Of a DNA stretch of 64,000 nt, positions 35,985-48,667 are shown piece after piece. The notes beneath the pieces were generated by a model. That model was not told where the DNA came from. It was given only the letters and a program-made list of their open reading frames with translations, and did not search any database. The first letter of the stretch is position 1. Each line of letters starts with the position of its first letter. The stretch is from Scyliorhinus canicula. Its lineage: Eukaryota. The stretch spans positions 7,987,196 to 8,051,195 of the forward strand of contig NC_052158.1 of NCBI RefSeq assembly GCF_902713615.1, given 5' to 3'. Made by a program: the position numbers and the translations under genes.

Positions 35985-36190
35985 CTCCTGTCTGCGTGGA
36001 TTTCCACCGGTTTCCTCCCACAAGTCCCGAAAGACGTGCTGTTAGGTGAATTGGACATTCTGAATTCTCCCTCTGTGTACCTGAACAGGAGCCGGAATGT
36101 GGTGGCTAGGGGCTTTTCACAGTAACTTCATTGCAGTGTTAATGTAAGCCTACTTGTGACAATATTAAAGATGATAAAGATTATTATTGT
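35985..36190 (+). mobile_element. SINE 3' portion (GGCTTTTCACAGTAACTTCATT-tailed family; tails also at about 54235-54335 and 60060-60160)
   Basis: Shared SINE core plus a tail repeated three times in the window. Confidence 0.7.
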
Positions 36191-36574
36191 TATGAATTCA
36201 TGGCTGAGTCCAGAAACCACGAATAGATTCAGCCCTTTAGGAAATTTTCATATATTTGCAAAGGGGAGTGCTAGCTTTTTTTCTTTGAGTATTGCGTGCT
36301 TGTCAGAAGTTTATCTTTCTTTGACGTGGTTTTTCAATGTCTATTTGTTTATTCGGACAAGATTAGGAGATGTTCAAAGGATTGAAGCTTTTACAATGGG
36401 ATTATTAATAGCTGTTTTATAATCTTAACAGAGGAGCAAGTTTTTAAGTAGATTTTGAATGGCTGATTGTATTTACTTAATCTCCTTAGTATTTCAAAGT
36501 CTTTCCAGTGTCATCATGTGGTTTATAAATTCTATACATAGTGGATATTGGGGAAGTGAGCATGAAGGAGTGGT

Positions 36575-37995
36575 TGGGAGATATGATGGGATATGGAGTG
36601 GGTATAGGGTGTATGGAAGATGCATGAGGGAATGGAGGGATGGTTGGGAGATATGATGCGATATGGAGTGGGTATAGGGTGTATGGAGGATGCATGAGGG
36701 AATGGAGGGATGGTTGGGAGATATGATGGGATATGGAGTGGGTATAGGGTCTATGGAGGATGCATGAGGGAATGGAGGGATAGTTGGGAGATATGATGGG
36801 ATATGGAGTGGGTATAGGGTCTATGGAAGCTGCATGAGGGAATGGAGGGATGGTTGGGAGATATGATGGAATATGGAATGGGTATAGGGTCTATGGAGGA
36901 TGCATGAGGGAATGGAGGGATGGTTGGGAGATATGGGATATGGAGTGGGCATAGGGCCTATGGAAGCTGCATGAGGGAATGGAGGGATGTTTGGGAGATA
37001 TAATGGGATATGGAGTGGGTATAGGGTGTATGGAGGATGCATGAGGGAATGGAGGGATGGTTGGGAGATATGATGGGATATGGAGTGGGTATAGGGTGTA
37101 TGGAAGCTGCAGGAGGGAATGGAGGGATGGTTGGGAGATATGATGGGATAAGGAGTGGGTATAGGGTGTATGGAAGCTGTAGGAGGGAATGGAGGGATGG
37201 TTGGGAGATATGATGGGATATGGAGTGGGTATAGGGTGTATGGAAGCTGCATGAGGGAATGGAGGGATGGTTGGGAGATATGATGGGATATGGAGTGGGT
37301 ATAGGTTGTATGGAAGCTGCATGAGGGAATGGAGGAATGGTTGGGAGATATGATGGGATATGGAGTGGGTATAGGGTGTATGGAAGCTGCATGAGGGAAT
37401 GGAGGGATGGTTGGGAGATATGATGGGATATGGAGTGGGTATAGGTTGTATGGAAGCTGCATGAGGGAATGGAGGAATGGTTGGGAGATATGATGGGATA
37501 TGGAGTGGGTATAGGGTGTATGGAGGATGCATGAGGGAATGAGGGATGGTTGGGCGATATGATGGGATATGGAGTGGGTATAGGGTCTATGGAGGATGCA
37601 TGAGGGAATGGAGGGATGGTTGGGAGATATGATGGGATATGGAGTGGGTATAGGGTCTATGGAAGCTGAATGAGGGAATGGAGGGATGGTTGGGAGATAT
37701 GATGGGATATGGAGTGGGTTATAGGGTCTATGGAGGATGCATGAGGGAATGGAGGGATGGTTGGGAGATATGATGGGATATGTAGTGGGTATAGGGTGTA
37801 TGGAAGCTGCATGAGGGAATGGAGGGATGGTTGGGAGATATGATGGGATATGGAGTGGGTATAGGGTCTATGGAAGCTGCATGAGGGAATGAGGGATGGT
37901 TGGGAGATATGATGGGATATGGAGTGGGTATAGGGTGTATGGAAGCTGCATGAGGGAATGGAGGGATGGTTGGGAGATATGATGGGATATGGTGT
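36575..37995. repeat. 70-bp G/A-rich minisatellite, about 20 copies
   Basis: TGGGAGATATGATGGGATATGGAGTGGGTATAGGGTGTATGGAAGCTGCATGAGGGAATGGAGGGATGGT unit. Confidence 0.95.
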
Positions 37996-38004
37996 GGTTC
38001 TAGG

Positions 38005-38600
38005 GGGTGCGATTCTCAGAGTCTCCGTGCCGAAATCGTGCTCGGCGTGTGAGGGGAGAATGGTCAGCAAACCTGAGATCTGGTCCGACTGCCACGCGCG
38101 CGGTCTACGCGGCGCCGGTCGGGGGCCAGTGAAAGAGGCCCCCGCGGCGATTCTCCGCCGACAACTGGCTGAGTTCCCGATGACGTGGCACTCTCATGGC
38201 CCCACCCAGCAGGAACATCGGCTGGCAGCTGTGGTCACAGTCCACGGCCGCCCTGGTGGGGGGCGGGGAATCCTTCGCCAGAGGGGACGTCTAGGATGGC
38301 CAGGGTTCCGATCGGGGGCCAGGGATCCGCGGGCGCGCGCGATCTGGGGGGGGGGGGCGCTATGTTGTCGGTGACGGTCCGCAGTGTGGGTCGGCCATGT
38401 CGCGCGGCGCAGTGTGTACCTCCGATGGAAGTGCAGTGCCCCGTATCGGCAGCCGGAGCTGCGAGGAGCACTCCGGGGCCCTGCTAGCTCCCTGCAAATC
38501 GGAGCATCACCCTGGACTTTCTACAGGTAAGTCCAGAGTGATTCGCGTCAGTTTATTCGTGGGCGTGGGGGCATAGCCCTATTATTGGAGAAACCCGCCC
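38005..38600. mobile_element. Harbinger-type MITE
   Basis: GGGTGCGATTCTC...GAGAAACCCGCCC with 3-bp TSD AGG. Confidence 0.8.
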
Positions 38601-39880
38601 AGGGTGTATGGAGGATGCATGGAGGAATGGAGGGGGCATTGGAGATGTGGCAGGCATGGAGGATGGATTGGTGATGGAGGGGGCATTAGTGATATGGCAG
38701 GCATGGAGGATGGATTGGGGATGGAGGGGCATTGGTGATATGGCAGGCATGGAGGAGGGATTGGGGATGGAGGGGCATTGGTGATATGGCAGGCATGGAG
38801 GATGGATTGAGGATGGAGGGGTAATAGTGATATGGCAGGCATGCAGGATGCATTGGTGATATGGCAGGCATGGATTGGGGTTGGAGGGGCATTGGTGATA
38901 TGGCAGGCATGGAGGATGGATTGGGGATGGCGGGGTAATAGTGATATGGCAGGCATGCAGGATGCATTGGTGATATGGCAGGCATGGATTGGGGTTGGAG
39001 GGGCATTGGTGATATGGCAGGCATGGAGGATGGATTGGGGATGGCGGGGTAATAGTGATAGGGCAGGTATGGAGGATGGATTGGGGATGGAGTGCTATTG
39101 GTGATATGGCAGGCATGGAGGATGGATTGGGGATGGAGGGGTAATAGTGATATGGCAGGCATGGAGGATGGATTGGTGATGGAGGGGCATCAGTGATATG
39201 GCTGACATGGAGGATGGATTGGGGATGGAGGGGTAATAGTGATAGGGCAGGCATGGAGGATGGATTGGTGATGGAGGGGCATTGGTGATATGGCAGGCAT
39301 GGAGGATGGATTGAGGATGGAGGGGTAATAGTGATATAGCAGGCATGGAGGATGGATTGGGGATGGAGGGGGTATTAGTGATATGGCAGACATGGATAAT
39401 GGATTGGTGATGGAGGGGTAATAGTGATATTGCAGGCATGGAGGATGGATTGGGGATGGAGGGGTAATAGTGATATGGCAGACATGGATAATGGATTGGG
39501 GATGGAGGGGTAATAGTGATATTGCAGGCATGGAGGATGGATTGGGGATGGAGGGGTAATAGTGATATGGCAGACATGGATAATGGATTGGGGATGGAGG
39601 GGTAATAGTGATATGGCAGACATGGATAATGGATTGGGGATGGAGAGGGCATTGGTGATATGGCAGGCATGGAGGATGGATTGGGGATGGAGGGGTAATA
39701 GTGATATTGCGGGCATGGAGGATGGATTGGGGATGGAGGGGTAATAGTGATATGGCAGGCATGGAGGATGGATTGGGGATGGAGGGGTAATAGTGATATG
39801 GCAGGCATGGAGGATGGATTGGGGATGGAGGGGTAATAGTGATAGGGCAGGCATGGAGGATGCATTGGTGATGGAGAGTC
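38601..39880. repeat. About 46-bp G/A-rich minisatellite
   Basis: GATATGGCAGGCATGGAGGATGGATTGGGGATGGAGGGGTAATAGT unit. Confidence 0.93.
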
Positions 39881-40504
39881 CATGAGAGATATGAGACTTA
39901 AAACAGTTAAAAGCTTACCTGAACTCAGCCGTTGATATTGTAAAAAGCCCCCTCCCCTGCTCCGTTGCAGTGTTTTTGTTCCTACCTCGCTGCACCGAGT
40001 GTTTGTTGATGCAGCCAGGATTAGAAAACCCGTCTGGAAGGACAGAAAGAACTGAGCAGACAGTGATCTCCGTGGTGATGTACGACATCACCACTGATTA
40101 GAAAGTCTGGCGCATTACATTGTGAATGTGTCTCTAATTCACTTGTCTCTCAGTCCGGAAGAAACGGTCTCGAACACGTTTGTACTTTCGAATATTCTTT
40201 ATTGCGATCGAGGCCGCTCTCTAGGTATTCCAAAGAAGTAACTCTGAGAGGGCCAAAGTCTTGCTCAAAACATCCTGTCTTTATATGTTTTTTAAGGGGC
40301 TGTCCCTTACATTCACTTGAGCTTGCCCCCATTACAAAGCATAGCTTGTTTTTGCCATAGTTTCGAGACATGATTTTACAGACTTTAAAGTTATCTATTG
40401 GCACATGAGTATATAGAAATTTTAGGAAAAACAGCAGGTGTTTAGCCACAGTATCAATGGCTCCCACATTTCGTATTCTGTCATCCAGCCATCTTCCTTG
40501 TTTC

Positions 40505-40853
40505 ATAGAACATAGAACATAGAACAGTACAGCACAGAACAGGCCCCTCGGCCCTCGATGTTGTGCCGAGCAATGATCACCTTACTCAAACCCACGCATC
40601 CACCCTATACCCGTAACCCAACAACCCCCCTTAACCTTACTTTTTAGGACACTACGGGCAATTTAGCACGGCCAATCCACCTAACCCGCACATCTTTGGA
40701 CTGTGGGAGGAAACCGGAGCACCCGGAGGAAACCCACGCACACACGGGGAGGACGTGCAGACTCGACACAGACAGTGACCCAGCCGGGAATCGAACCTGG
40801 GACCCTGGAGCTGTGAAGCATTTATGCTAACCACCATGCTACCGTGCTGCCCT
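40505..40853 (-). mobile_element. tRNA-derived SINE (HE1-like, CR1 tail)
   Basis: Complete copy with a (CATAGAA)n tail on the + strand. Confidence 0.92.
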
Positions 40854-41090
40854 AGGCTATTTTCTCAAGGCTATTTGGCTTACAGTCATGAGTCGGCTCA
40901 CAAATTCAATAATAACGCCCTTATTTGTAACTTGCCACTAATGTGTCCCATTACTTCTGGATTGTTCTAGCTATTAACCCTTGCTTCACATTCTCAACAT
41001 TACTATATTTAGTTTCAGTCATTCTGCCTCTTCAAGAATTATATCTCGAAATTCTTTTTTCAGTTGAAATGCTTCAATCAGTTCTTTCCA

Positions 41091-41151
41091 ATGATGAAAA
41101 GAAGATGCTTCAGTCTTGTGTTCCTACTTGTGTTTCATTATGTTCTGTCAG
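41091..41151 (+). CDS. Signal-peptide exon of butyrophilin-like gene (exon 41064-41151)
   Basis: MMKRRCFSLVFLLVFHYVLS+G; acceptor TTCTTTTTTCAG and donor CAG|GTAAGC; phase 1 matches the IgV exon (gives E-R-F-R-V). Confidence 0.75.
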
Positions 41152-41754
41152 GTAAGCAATGGAATTGTGACTGAAAATCTTTGGAACAAGAATATCTTCA
41201 CCAAATTAGTTAACTTACTGTTTGAGTTTTTGCAATGAAAAATAGTCCAAATAAAGACCTTTATCCAGGGGAAATCTACCTATTCCTCTCCCTATGAATC
41301 TTTCAATCTGTTCTCTCTCCAGAAATGCCTCTTGAAGCCGGTACACAATCTGCTTCAGTTTCATTCCCCAACATCTAACCTCACATCTCTATGCACTCGA
41401 CCCGAGACAGTCATGGAGAAGGGAGCCCACACACTAAACGTTATCCTTTCATTTCATAGACTCTGATCGACCTGTTCATTTCCAGCATGTTCTGTTGTTT
41501 CAGATTTCCATCGTTTGTTATCTTTGTTTCTTCTCATTATTGTGGCAGCTCGATTATTTTGAGGATGGGAAATTTCTTCCACCCTTTTCTTGTACTGGTA
41601 ATTCTCCATTGCTATCTGAATATTTTAATCTTTGAACATCATGAAAATATTAATAGGGTCAAACAGTTCAGAAATTTCCTTCTTAATCTTACAGACTTCA
41701 GTTAAAGAACCACATTGTTCTCCTTTTCCAGAAAAACAAATCTAACTATGTAGG

Positions 41755-41975
41755 TAAATGCAGCAGCCAGTTTGTATGGAGCAAGGTCACATTAACAGGG
41801 AATGGGCTCACTGAGCAGGTGATCTGTTTGTGATATTAGCTGAGGGAGGTATGGTGCCACAACATTGAGAGAAATCCCTAAACTACTTTAAATAGTTTCA
41901 TGAGATCCTTCACATCCTCAAGTACACTCGGCTTTAGTTTAATGTCTCATCAAAATGACAGCCCTTTCGGTGCTT
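41755..41975 (-). mobile_element. Old Deu-domain SINE (SacSINE1/AmnSINE-like), degenerate
   Basis: GCAGCCAGTTTG..AGCAAGG..GAGATCCTTCACATC..GTTTAATGTCTCATC pattern recognised from memory of the Deu domain. Confidence 0.5.
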
Positions 41976-42104
41976 GGCAGGGCTTGTGTGGTAACTGAAA
42001 GGGGTCAGTTTTCCAGCCTGTGTGGGCACTTTTGGGGTCTCCGCTTAACATTTCCCACAACATTCTGAGGTATCTACGCTAATCTAATTCTGATCTGTTC
42101 AACA

Positions 42105-42750
42105 TCCTCGAGTTTAAACGTTCCATCATTGGCGACTGTGACTTCAGCCCCCGAGGTCGTCACCTCTGGAACGTCCTTAAATTTCTCTGCCTTGATCGCT
42201 CACTTTACTTCTTTAAGTGTTTCTTCAAACTTATCTTTTTGACCAGGCTTTTGGTTATTTTCTCTAATCTGCATTATGTGATTTGGAGACAAGTTTAGAT
42301 TGAGAATGCTCCTGTGACACATCTTGGGACAGTTTCTTACATTAAATGTATTAGTATAATACATGGGCAGCATGGTAGCATTGTGGATAGCACAATCGCT
42401 TCACAGCTCCAGGGTCCCAGGTTCGATTCCGGCTTGGGTCACTGTCTGTGCGGAGTCTGCACATCCTCCCCGTATGTGCGTGGGTTTCCTCCAGGTGCTC
42501 CGGTTTCCTCCCACAGTCCAAAGATGTGCGGGTTAGGTGAATTGGCCATGATAAATTGCCCTTAGTGTCCAAAATTGCCCTTAGTGTTGGGTGGGGTTAC
42601 TGAGTTATGGGGATAGGGTGGAGGTGTTGACCTTGGGTAGGGGGTAGGGTACTCTTTCCAAGAGCCGGTGCAGACTCGATGGGCTGAATGGCTTCCTTCT
42701 GCACTGTAAATTCTATCTAAAAAAAATATATAAACACAAGTTGTTCTTTA
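42105..42750 (+). mobile_element. L2-like LINE 3' end interrupted by a SINE
   Basis: CCATCATTGGCGACTGTGACTTCAG...TTTGACCAGGCTTTTGG...GCTCCTGTGA..ATATAAACACAAGTTGTT. Confidence 0.6.
42365..42720 (+). mobile_element. tRNA-derived SINE (HE1-like)
   Basis: Full head and core. Confidence 0.9.
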
Positions 42751-44698
42751 ATAAATCATGAACAATAAATCATGAACAAAATTGAAGTGAACACAGAGGT
42801 TCTTTGTTCAGCAATAAAGGGCTGAACTGGAATATTATTAATCTGAAGATAAATCAGCTGAATGGCTCATCCAAAACAGTCTGCTCAGAATGTGCCTGGT
42901 AATTCCTTCACAGCCAGTGTTACCGTCTGAAATTATGTTCAGCAGGTGTGTGAACACTAACTGAGTACTGCAGAAATAGCTGAACTTGTATTCAACACTG
43001 CAAATATCACAGCTTGATCCATTCTCCGGTGCAAATCATTCATAGAGTCATAGGTATTTACAGCATGAAAACAGGCCCTTCGGCCCAACTTGTCCTAGCC
43101 GCCCAGTTTTTACCACTAAGCTCACCCCAATTTCCCGGATTTGGCCCACAACGCTCTATACCCAGCTTTCCCAAATAACTGTCTAAATGCTTTTTTAATG
43201 ACAAAATTGTACCCGCCTCTACTACTGCCTCTGGCAGCTCGTTCCAGATACTCACCACACACTGTGTAAAACTATTTCCCCTCTGGACCCTTTTGTATCT
43301 CTCCCCTCTCACCTTAAACCTTGTCCTCTAGTTTAGACTCCCCTACATTTGGGAAAATGTTGACTACCTACCTTGTCGATGCCATTCATTATTTATTAGA
43401 TCTATTTAAGATCACCCCTAAATCTTCTACGCTCCAGGGAAAAAAGTCCCAGTCTATCCAGCCTCTCCTTATCACTCAAACCATCAAGTCCTGGTAGCAT
43501 TCTTTCTAGTTTAATAATATCCTTTCTATAATAGAGTGATCTGAACTGTACACAGTATTCCAAGTATGGGCCTTACTAATTAATGTCTTGTACAACTTCA
43601 GCAAGACGTCCCAACTCCTGTATTCAATGTTCTGACCAATGAAACTAAGCATGCCGAATGCCTTCTTCACCACCCTGTCCACCTGTAACTCCACTTTCAA
43701 GGAGCTATGAAGTTGTACTCCTAGATCTCTTTGTTCTGTAACACTCCCCAACTCCCTACCATTAACTGAGTAAGTCATGCCCCGATTTGATCTACCAAAA
43801 TGCATCACCTCATATTTATCGAAATTAAACTCCATCTGCCATTCATCGGCCCACTGGCCCCATTTAGCAAGATCCCATTGCAATCCTAGATAACCTTCTT
43901 CACTGTCCACTATGCCACCAATCTTGGTGTCATCTGCAAACTTACTAACCATGCCTCCTACATTCTCATCAAAATGATTAATATACATAACAAATAACAG
44001 TGAATCCAGCATTGATCCCTGAGTCACACCGCTGGTCACAGACCTCCAGTTTGAAAAACAACCCTCCACAACCACCCTTTGGCTTTGGTCGCCAACCCAA
44101 TTTTGTATCCAATTGGCTACTTCGCCCTGGATTCCATGAGATTTAACCTTATGCAACAACCTCCCATGTGGTACCTTGTCAAAGGCCCTGCTAAGGTCCA
44201 TGTAGACAACGTCGACTGCACTGCCCTCATCTACCTTCTTAGTTATCCCTTCAAAAAACCTCAATCAAATTCATGGGACATGACTTTCCCCTTACATAGC
44301 CATGCTGACAGTCCCTAATTCATCCTTGCCTCTCTAAGTGCCTGTAGATCCTGTCTCTCAGAATACCTTCTGACAACTTACCCACCACAGACGTTAGGCT
44401 CACCGGTCTGTAGTTCCCAGGCTTTTCTCTGCAGCGCTTCTTAAACAAAGGCACAACATTTGCTACCCTCCAATCTTCAGGCATCTTGTGGCTGTCGACG
44501 ATTCAAATATCTGAGCTAGGGGGCAAGCAATTTCCTCCCTAGCCTCCAACAACATCCTGGGACACATTTCATCAGTTCCCGGGGATTTATCTACCTTGAC
44601 GCATTTTAAGACTTCCCCACCACCTTTTCTGTAATATGTACACTCCTCGAGACATAACTATTTATTTCCCAAAGCTCCCTAACATCCATGCCTTTCTC

Positions 44699-45229
44699 TT
44701 TTTTTTTTAAAATAATTTTTATTGGAATTTTTTGAAAAATATGTATCAACAGAACAATAACAATAATAAACACCCCCCGGCACCCGTAACAAAGCATATA
44801 ACAAACCCCCCCACCCGCTCAGAGGCCTGCTGCTGCAACTCAAGTATCGCTGCACCCTGGGTTGTGGGTCTCCAGCAGCTTACTAGTCGTTACCTTCAGG
44901 GATTCCAACAACTCCCCTTTCAGCTCCGTAAAATAGTGCAAAAGGGCCGCCTGCTGCTCCTCCGCCCACTGCCTTCACTCCTCAGGGGCTCCACCGGCTG
45001 CCATTTTATCCACCTTCCCCCGCTTTTCCAGGGGAGCTGCTGCCGTTTTTCCCCTCGCCCCACTCCGAGTCCGCACCATAAATCCCGGGGGGTTTTGCTC
45101 CAGACCCCTTTATCCACCGGGAATCGGCGAATCAGCGCCGTTTGGGGCCCTTAAAAGAGCCCACAAGTCCTATTAAAGCGGGAGCTGCCGAACGTGCGGC
45201 TTAGCTCCGCATAGCCGCAACCAGAAGTC
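44699..45229 (-). mobile_element. Internally deleted L1-like element (5' UTR + ORF1 start fused to 3' UTR/poly(A))
   Basis: 16-bp TSD CATCC(A/G)TGCCTTTCTC, poly(A) with AATAAA, CpG-rich 5' end, MAAGGAPEE*RQWAEEQQAALLHYFTELKGELLESL coiled-coil start. Confidence 0.65.
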
Positions 45230-45819
45230 CATCCGTGCCTTTCTCAACAGTAAATACTGATCAGAAATATTTATTTAGGATCTCATCCATCTCTTGTGGA
45301 TCTGTACATAGATGACCTTGTAGATCCTCAAGAGGCCCTACTCTCTCCCTCATTACTCTTTTGCTCTTTATGTATTTGTCGAAGCTCTTTGGATTCTCCT
45401 TTGCCTTTTCTGCCAAAGCAATCTCATGTAAACTTTTTGCCCTCCTAATTTCTCTCTCAACTCAACTCCGACAATCTCTATACTCTTCAAGGGATCCACT
45501 TGATCCCAGCTGCCTATGCATGTCGTATGCTTCCTTCATCTTTCTGACCAGGGCCTCAATATTCTGAGTCATCCAGGGTTCCCTATTTCTACCAGCCTTA
45601 CCCTTCACTCTCAGAGGAATGTGCTCACCCTGAACCCTAGTTAACATTCTTTTGAAAGCCTCCCACTTACCAGCTATCCCCTTGCCTGTAAACAGACTCC
45701 CCCAATCAACTTTTGAAAGTTCCTGTCAGATACCATCAAAATTGGCCTTGCTCCAATTTAGAATGTTAACTTTTGGACTAGAACTGTCATTCTCCGCAGC
45801 TATCTTAAAACTAATGGAA

Positions 45820-46060
45820 TTCAGCCAGAGAGTGGTAGGTCTGTGGAATTCATTGCCACAGAGGGTGGTGGAGGCCGGGACATTGAGTGTCTTTAAGACA
45901 GAAATTGATAAATTCTTGATTTCTCGAGGAATTAAGGGCTATGGGGAGAGAGCGGGTAAATGGAGTTGAAATCAACCATGATTGAATGGTGGAGTAGACT
46001 CGATGGGCCGAATGGCCTTACTTCCACTCCTATGTCTTATGGTCTTATGGTCTTATGGTC
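45820..46060 (+). mobile_element. CR1 3' end with (CTTATGGT)n tail
   Basis: FSQRVVGLWNSLPQ.VVEA motif and tail. Confidence 0.85.
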
Positions 46061-46234
46061 ACTGGTCCCAAAGTCTGCCACCTGCCCTTCCTTATTTCTC
46101 AAGAGGAGGTCAAGTTTTTCCCACTCTCTAGGATAATATTCCCAGAAACGACAGGGATCCGATTCCTGATTCATTTCTGTTTTGTTACTTATGAAATAAC
46201 CACTAAAATTGAGAATTTTTATTTCGGACTTTGT

Positions 46235-47790
46235 ATGGCCGGATTTTGGATTTTGTATGGGCGGGGACGGTGCCAAGAGTTAGGAGGACCCTGCTACAGA
46301 GGCAGCAGGGAGGGTTGGCATTGTCGAATCTGCTTCATTATTATTGAGCGGTGAATGCAGAGAAGGTGGGGCGATGGTGGGAAGGTGAAGGGGTAGAATG
46401 GGTTAGGATGGAGGAGGAATCCTGTAAGGGGTCCAGCTTAAGGGCTATGGTGACGGTAGTGTTGCCAATGACACCGAGCAGGTACTCAGGAAGCCTGGTG
46501 GTGCAGTCCACGGTGCAGACCTGGAACCAGTTGAGGATCATTTTAGGATGGAAGGGATGTCGGTGTGAACACCATTATGTGAGAATCACGGGTTTGAGCC
46601 GGGGTGGGAATGGATGGCATGTATAGGAGGTGGAGAGAAGTGGGGCTTGTCAAGGTGAGGGATTTATATCTGGAGGCAGGATTTGCCTGTCTGGAAGAAT
46701 TGAGGGAGAGGGTAGAGCTCCCAAGAGGAAGTAAGTTTAGGTACCTGCAGGTGTGGTTTGGAAAGGGTTCCCTAGGTTGCCGAGGTACACCCTGCGGGAG
46801 TGACTGCTGCTTCCGGATGTGGATGGGGATGGCATCATCAGAGACATATACAGGTGGCTGGGAGAACAGGGTGAGCGGGTGGAGATTAAGGAGAATTGGG
46901 AAGGGGAGCTGGGAGGGGAGATAAACTGGGGAGTATGGAGTGAGGCACTGTGAAGGATAAATGCGCCCTCGTGAGCAAGGATGATCCTGATACAGTTCAA
47001 GGTGTTACACAGAGTCATAGATTGTCCATGCAGCCCAGTTTCTATCACTAAGCTAGTCCCACTTGCCTGCATTTGGCCCATATCCCTCTATACCCACCCT
47101 GCCCATGTAACAATCTAACTCTTTTTTAAAGGACAATATTGTACCTGCCACTAACGCTGCCTCTGGCAGCCCGTTCCAGACGCTCACCACCCTCTGTGTC
47201 ATATGTACCCTCAGTGTACATATGACGTGGATAAGAATGAGTGGCTTCTTTCAGGGCGTGGCAGATGATTGTGAAAGGCGTGGGCGGTTATCAGCGAATC
47301 ACATGCACATATGTTCTGGGGCTGTGAAACGTTGAAGAGGTTTTGGGCGGGGGTATTTGCGGTGCTAATGAGGATAGTGGGGAGGAGGTTAGGCCGGACC
47401 CTTTGGTGGCAATATTTGGGATTTCGGAGAAGCCGGAGCTGATGGAGGGGAGGAAGACCGATATTGGGGCCTTCGCCTCTCTGATTGCCCAGCTACGAAT
47501 CTTATTGGAGTGGCGGTCAGCAACGCCACCGGGGGTAGCGGCCTGGCTGGGTGACCAGTATGGTTCCCTTCAGCTGGAAAAGATAAAATACGAGTTAAGG
47601 GGATTAATGGAGGGGTTTGAGGCAAGATGGGGGATGTTTGTGACCATGTTTGAGGAGTTGTTTGTCGTGGAGGAGAGGTGAAAAAGGAGAAACATTTGTA
47701 CAAACTGCATAATCGTTGGTTGGGAACCTTGTTTTGCGAATTGTTTATGTTTTGTAACTTTTTATATTTTGTAATAAAATACATATTAAA
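46235..47790 (+). mobile_element. L1-like ORF2 C-terminal region and 3' end (duplicated at about 49326-51300)
   Basis: GGLALSNLLHYY*AVN, DLY...FAC.EELRE...FRYLQV, RILLEW..ATPP...EKIKY motifs; AATAAA and A tail; nested CR1 tail at about 47010-47200. Confidence 0.8.
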
Positions 47791-48667
47791 AAAATTGAGA
47801 AAGAAAGACAAAGAATCTTTGACATTCTCCCCAATTCCTCACTTACAGTACCACTCAACCCTGAGGTTACTGGTCAGAACGCATTTATTAACTGACGTAT
47901 TCATGGAAACTACACAGTAAATGTGTGAACAATACAAGAGGGAATAGTTACATTTTCCTCAATGTTCTGTGCTTTTGATGCCATTGTTCTTAATTTATTT
48001 TCCTGATTCTTGCGGTGAAAGCTGGGGCGAAGGCCAGAGAATGTTAAAGTCTTTCTTAATTTTAATGGTTACGGCATGATTGGGTAGGAAAGGAGGTGTC
48101 AAGACGCCGACACCAACGGTCACTTTTCTCCATTATATTGTTTGGGACATCGTGTAAAAAACTTAAAGGAGTGGATCCCGCGATGTCACTTAGTATTTTT
48201 GATGATCTGGGCACCATTTTTAAAGGCTGCCCCAGCACAGAAATGTTAACCAGGAACCCCCCCCCCCCCCCCCTCCCCACCATACACACACACCCTCCCC
48301 ATCCCAACCGGAATGGACTTTCTTACGGGGTTTCGGGGAGGAGGATGATTCAGGTGTAGAGGTCTGATAATTAGATGCAGATATATGGAATTATGCTCCC
48401 GATGTTAAACGTCAGGAATCCCATTACGTCACTGACAGGGGGTGAGGACAATCGCATCCCGCCTTTACGTTGGTGTGAAATGTGATTTGACCGTCTTGTG
48501 TGATTTTCTGATCCCTTTTCTGATCCTGCCCAAAGAAAAAGAGAGCTGAACATCTCAGAAGTTATAGCACCAATAATCAAATGTTAGTTTTTCCTTTAAA
48601 TATCTCCCAAAGATTAAATCTATTCGCACATTATTTATGTTGATGTTTGAAATGTTCTATTTTCCAG

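Larger units (their letters stand above)
43021..46130 (-). mobile_element. CR1 LINE (ORF2 to 3' tail) with nested insertions
   Basis: ORF 43506-44264: VYMDLSRAFDKVPH, QGSMLDSLLF, KFADDTK; continues past the insertions at 44699 and 45820. Confidence 0.9.

Noticed and set aside
36821-39883. Pro/His-rich repetitive ORFs
   Set aside because: They are reverse-strand readings of the 70-bp and 46-bp arrays, with no splice or codon evidence.
40150-40506. 118-aa minus-strand ORF in unique DNA
   Set aside because: No recognisable motif or splice context; its start abuts a SINE tail.
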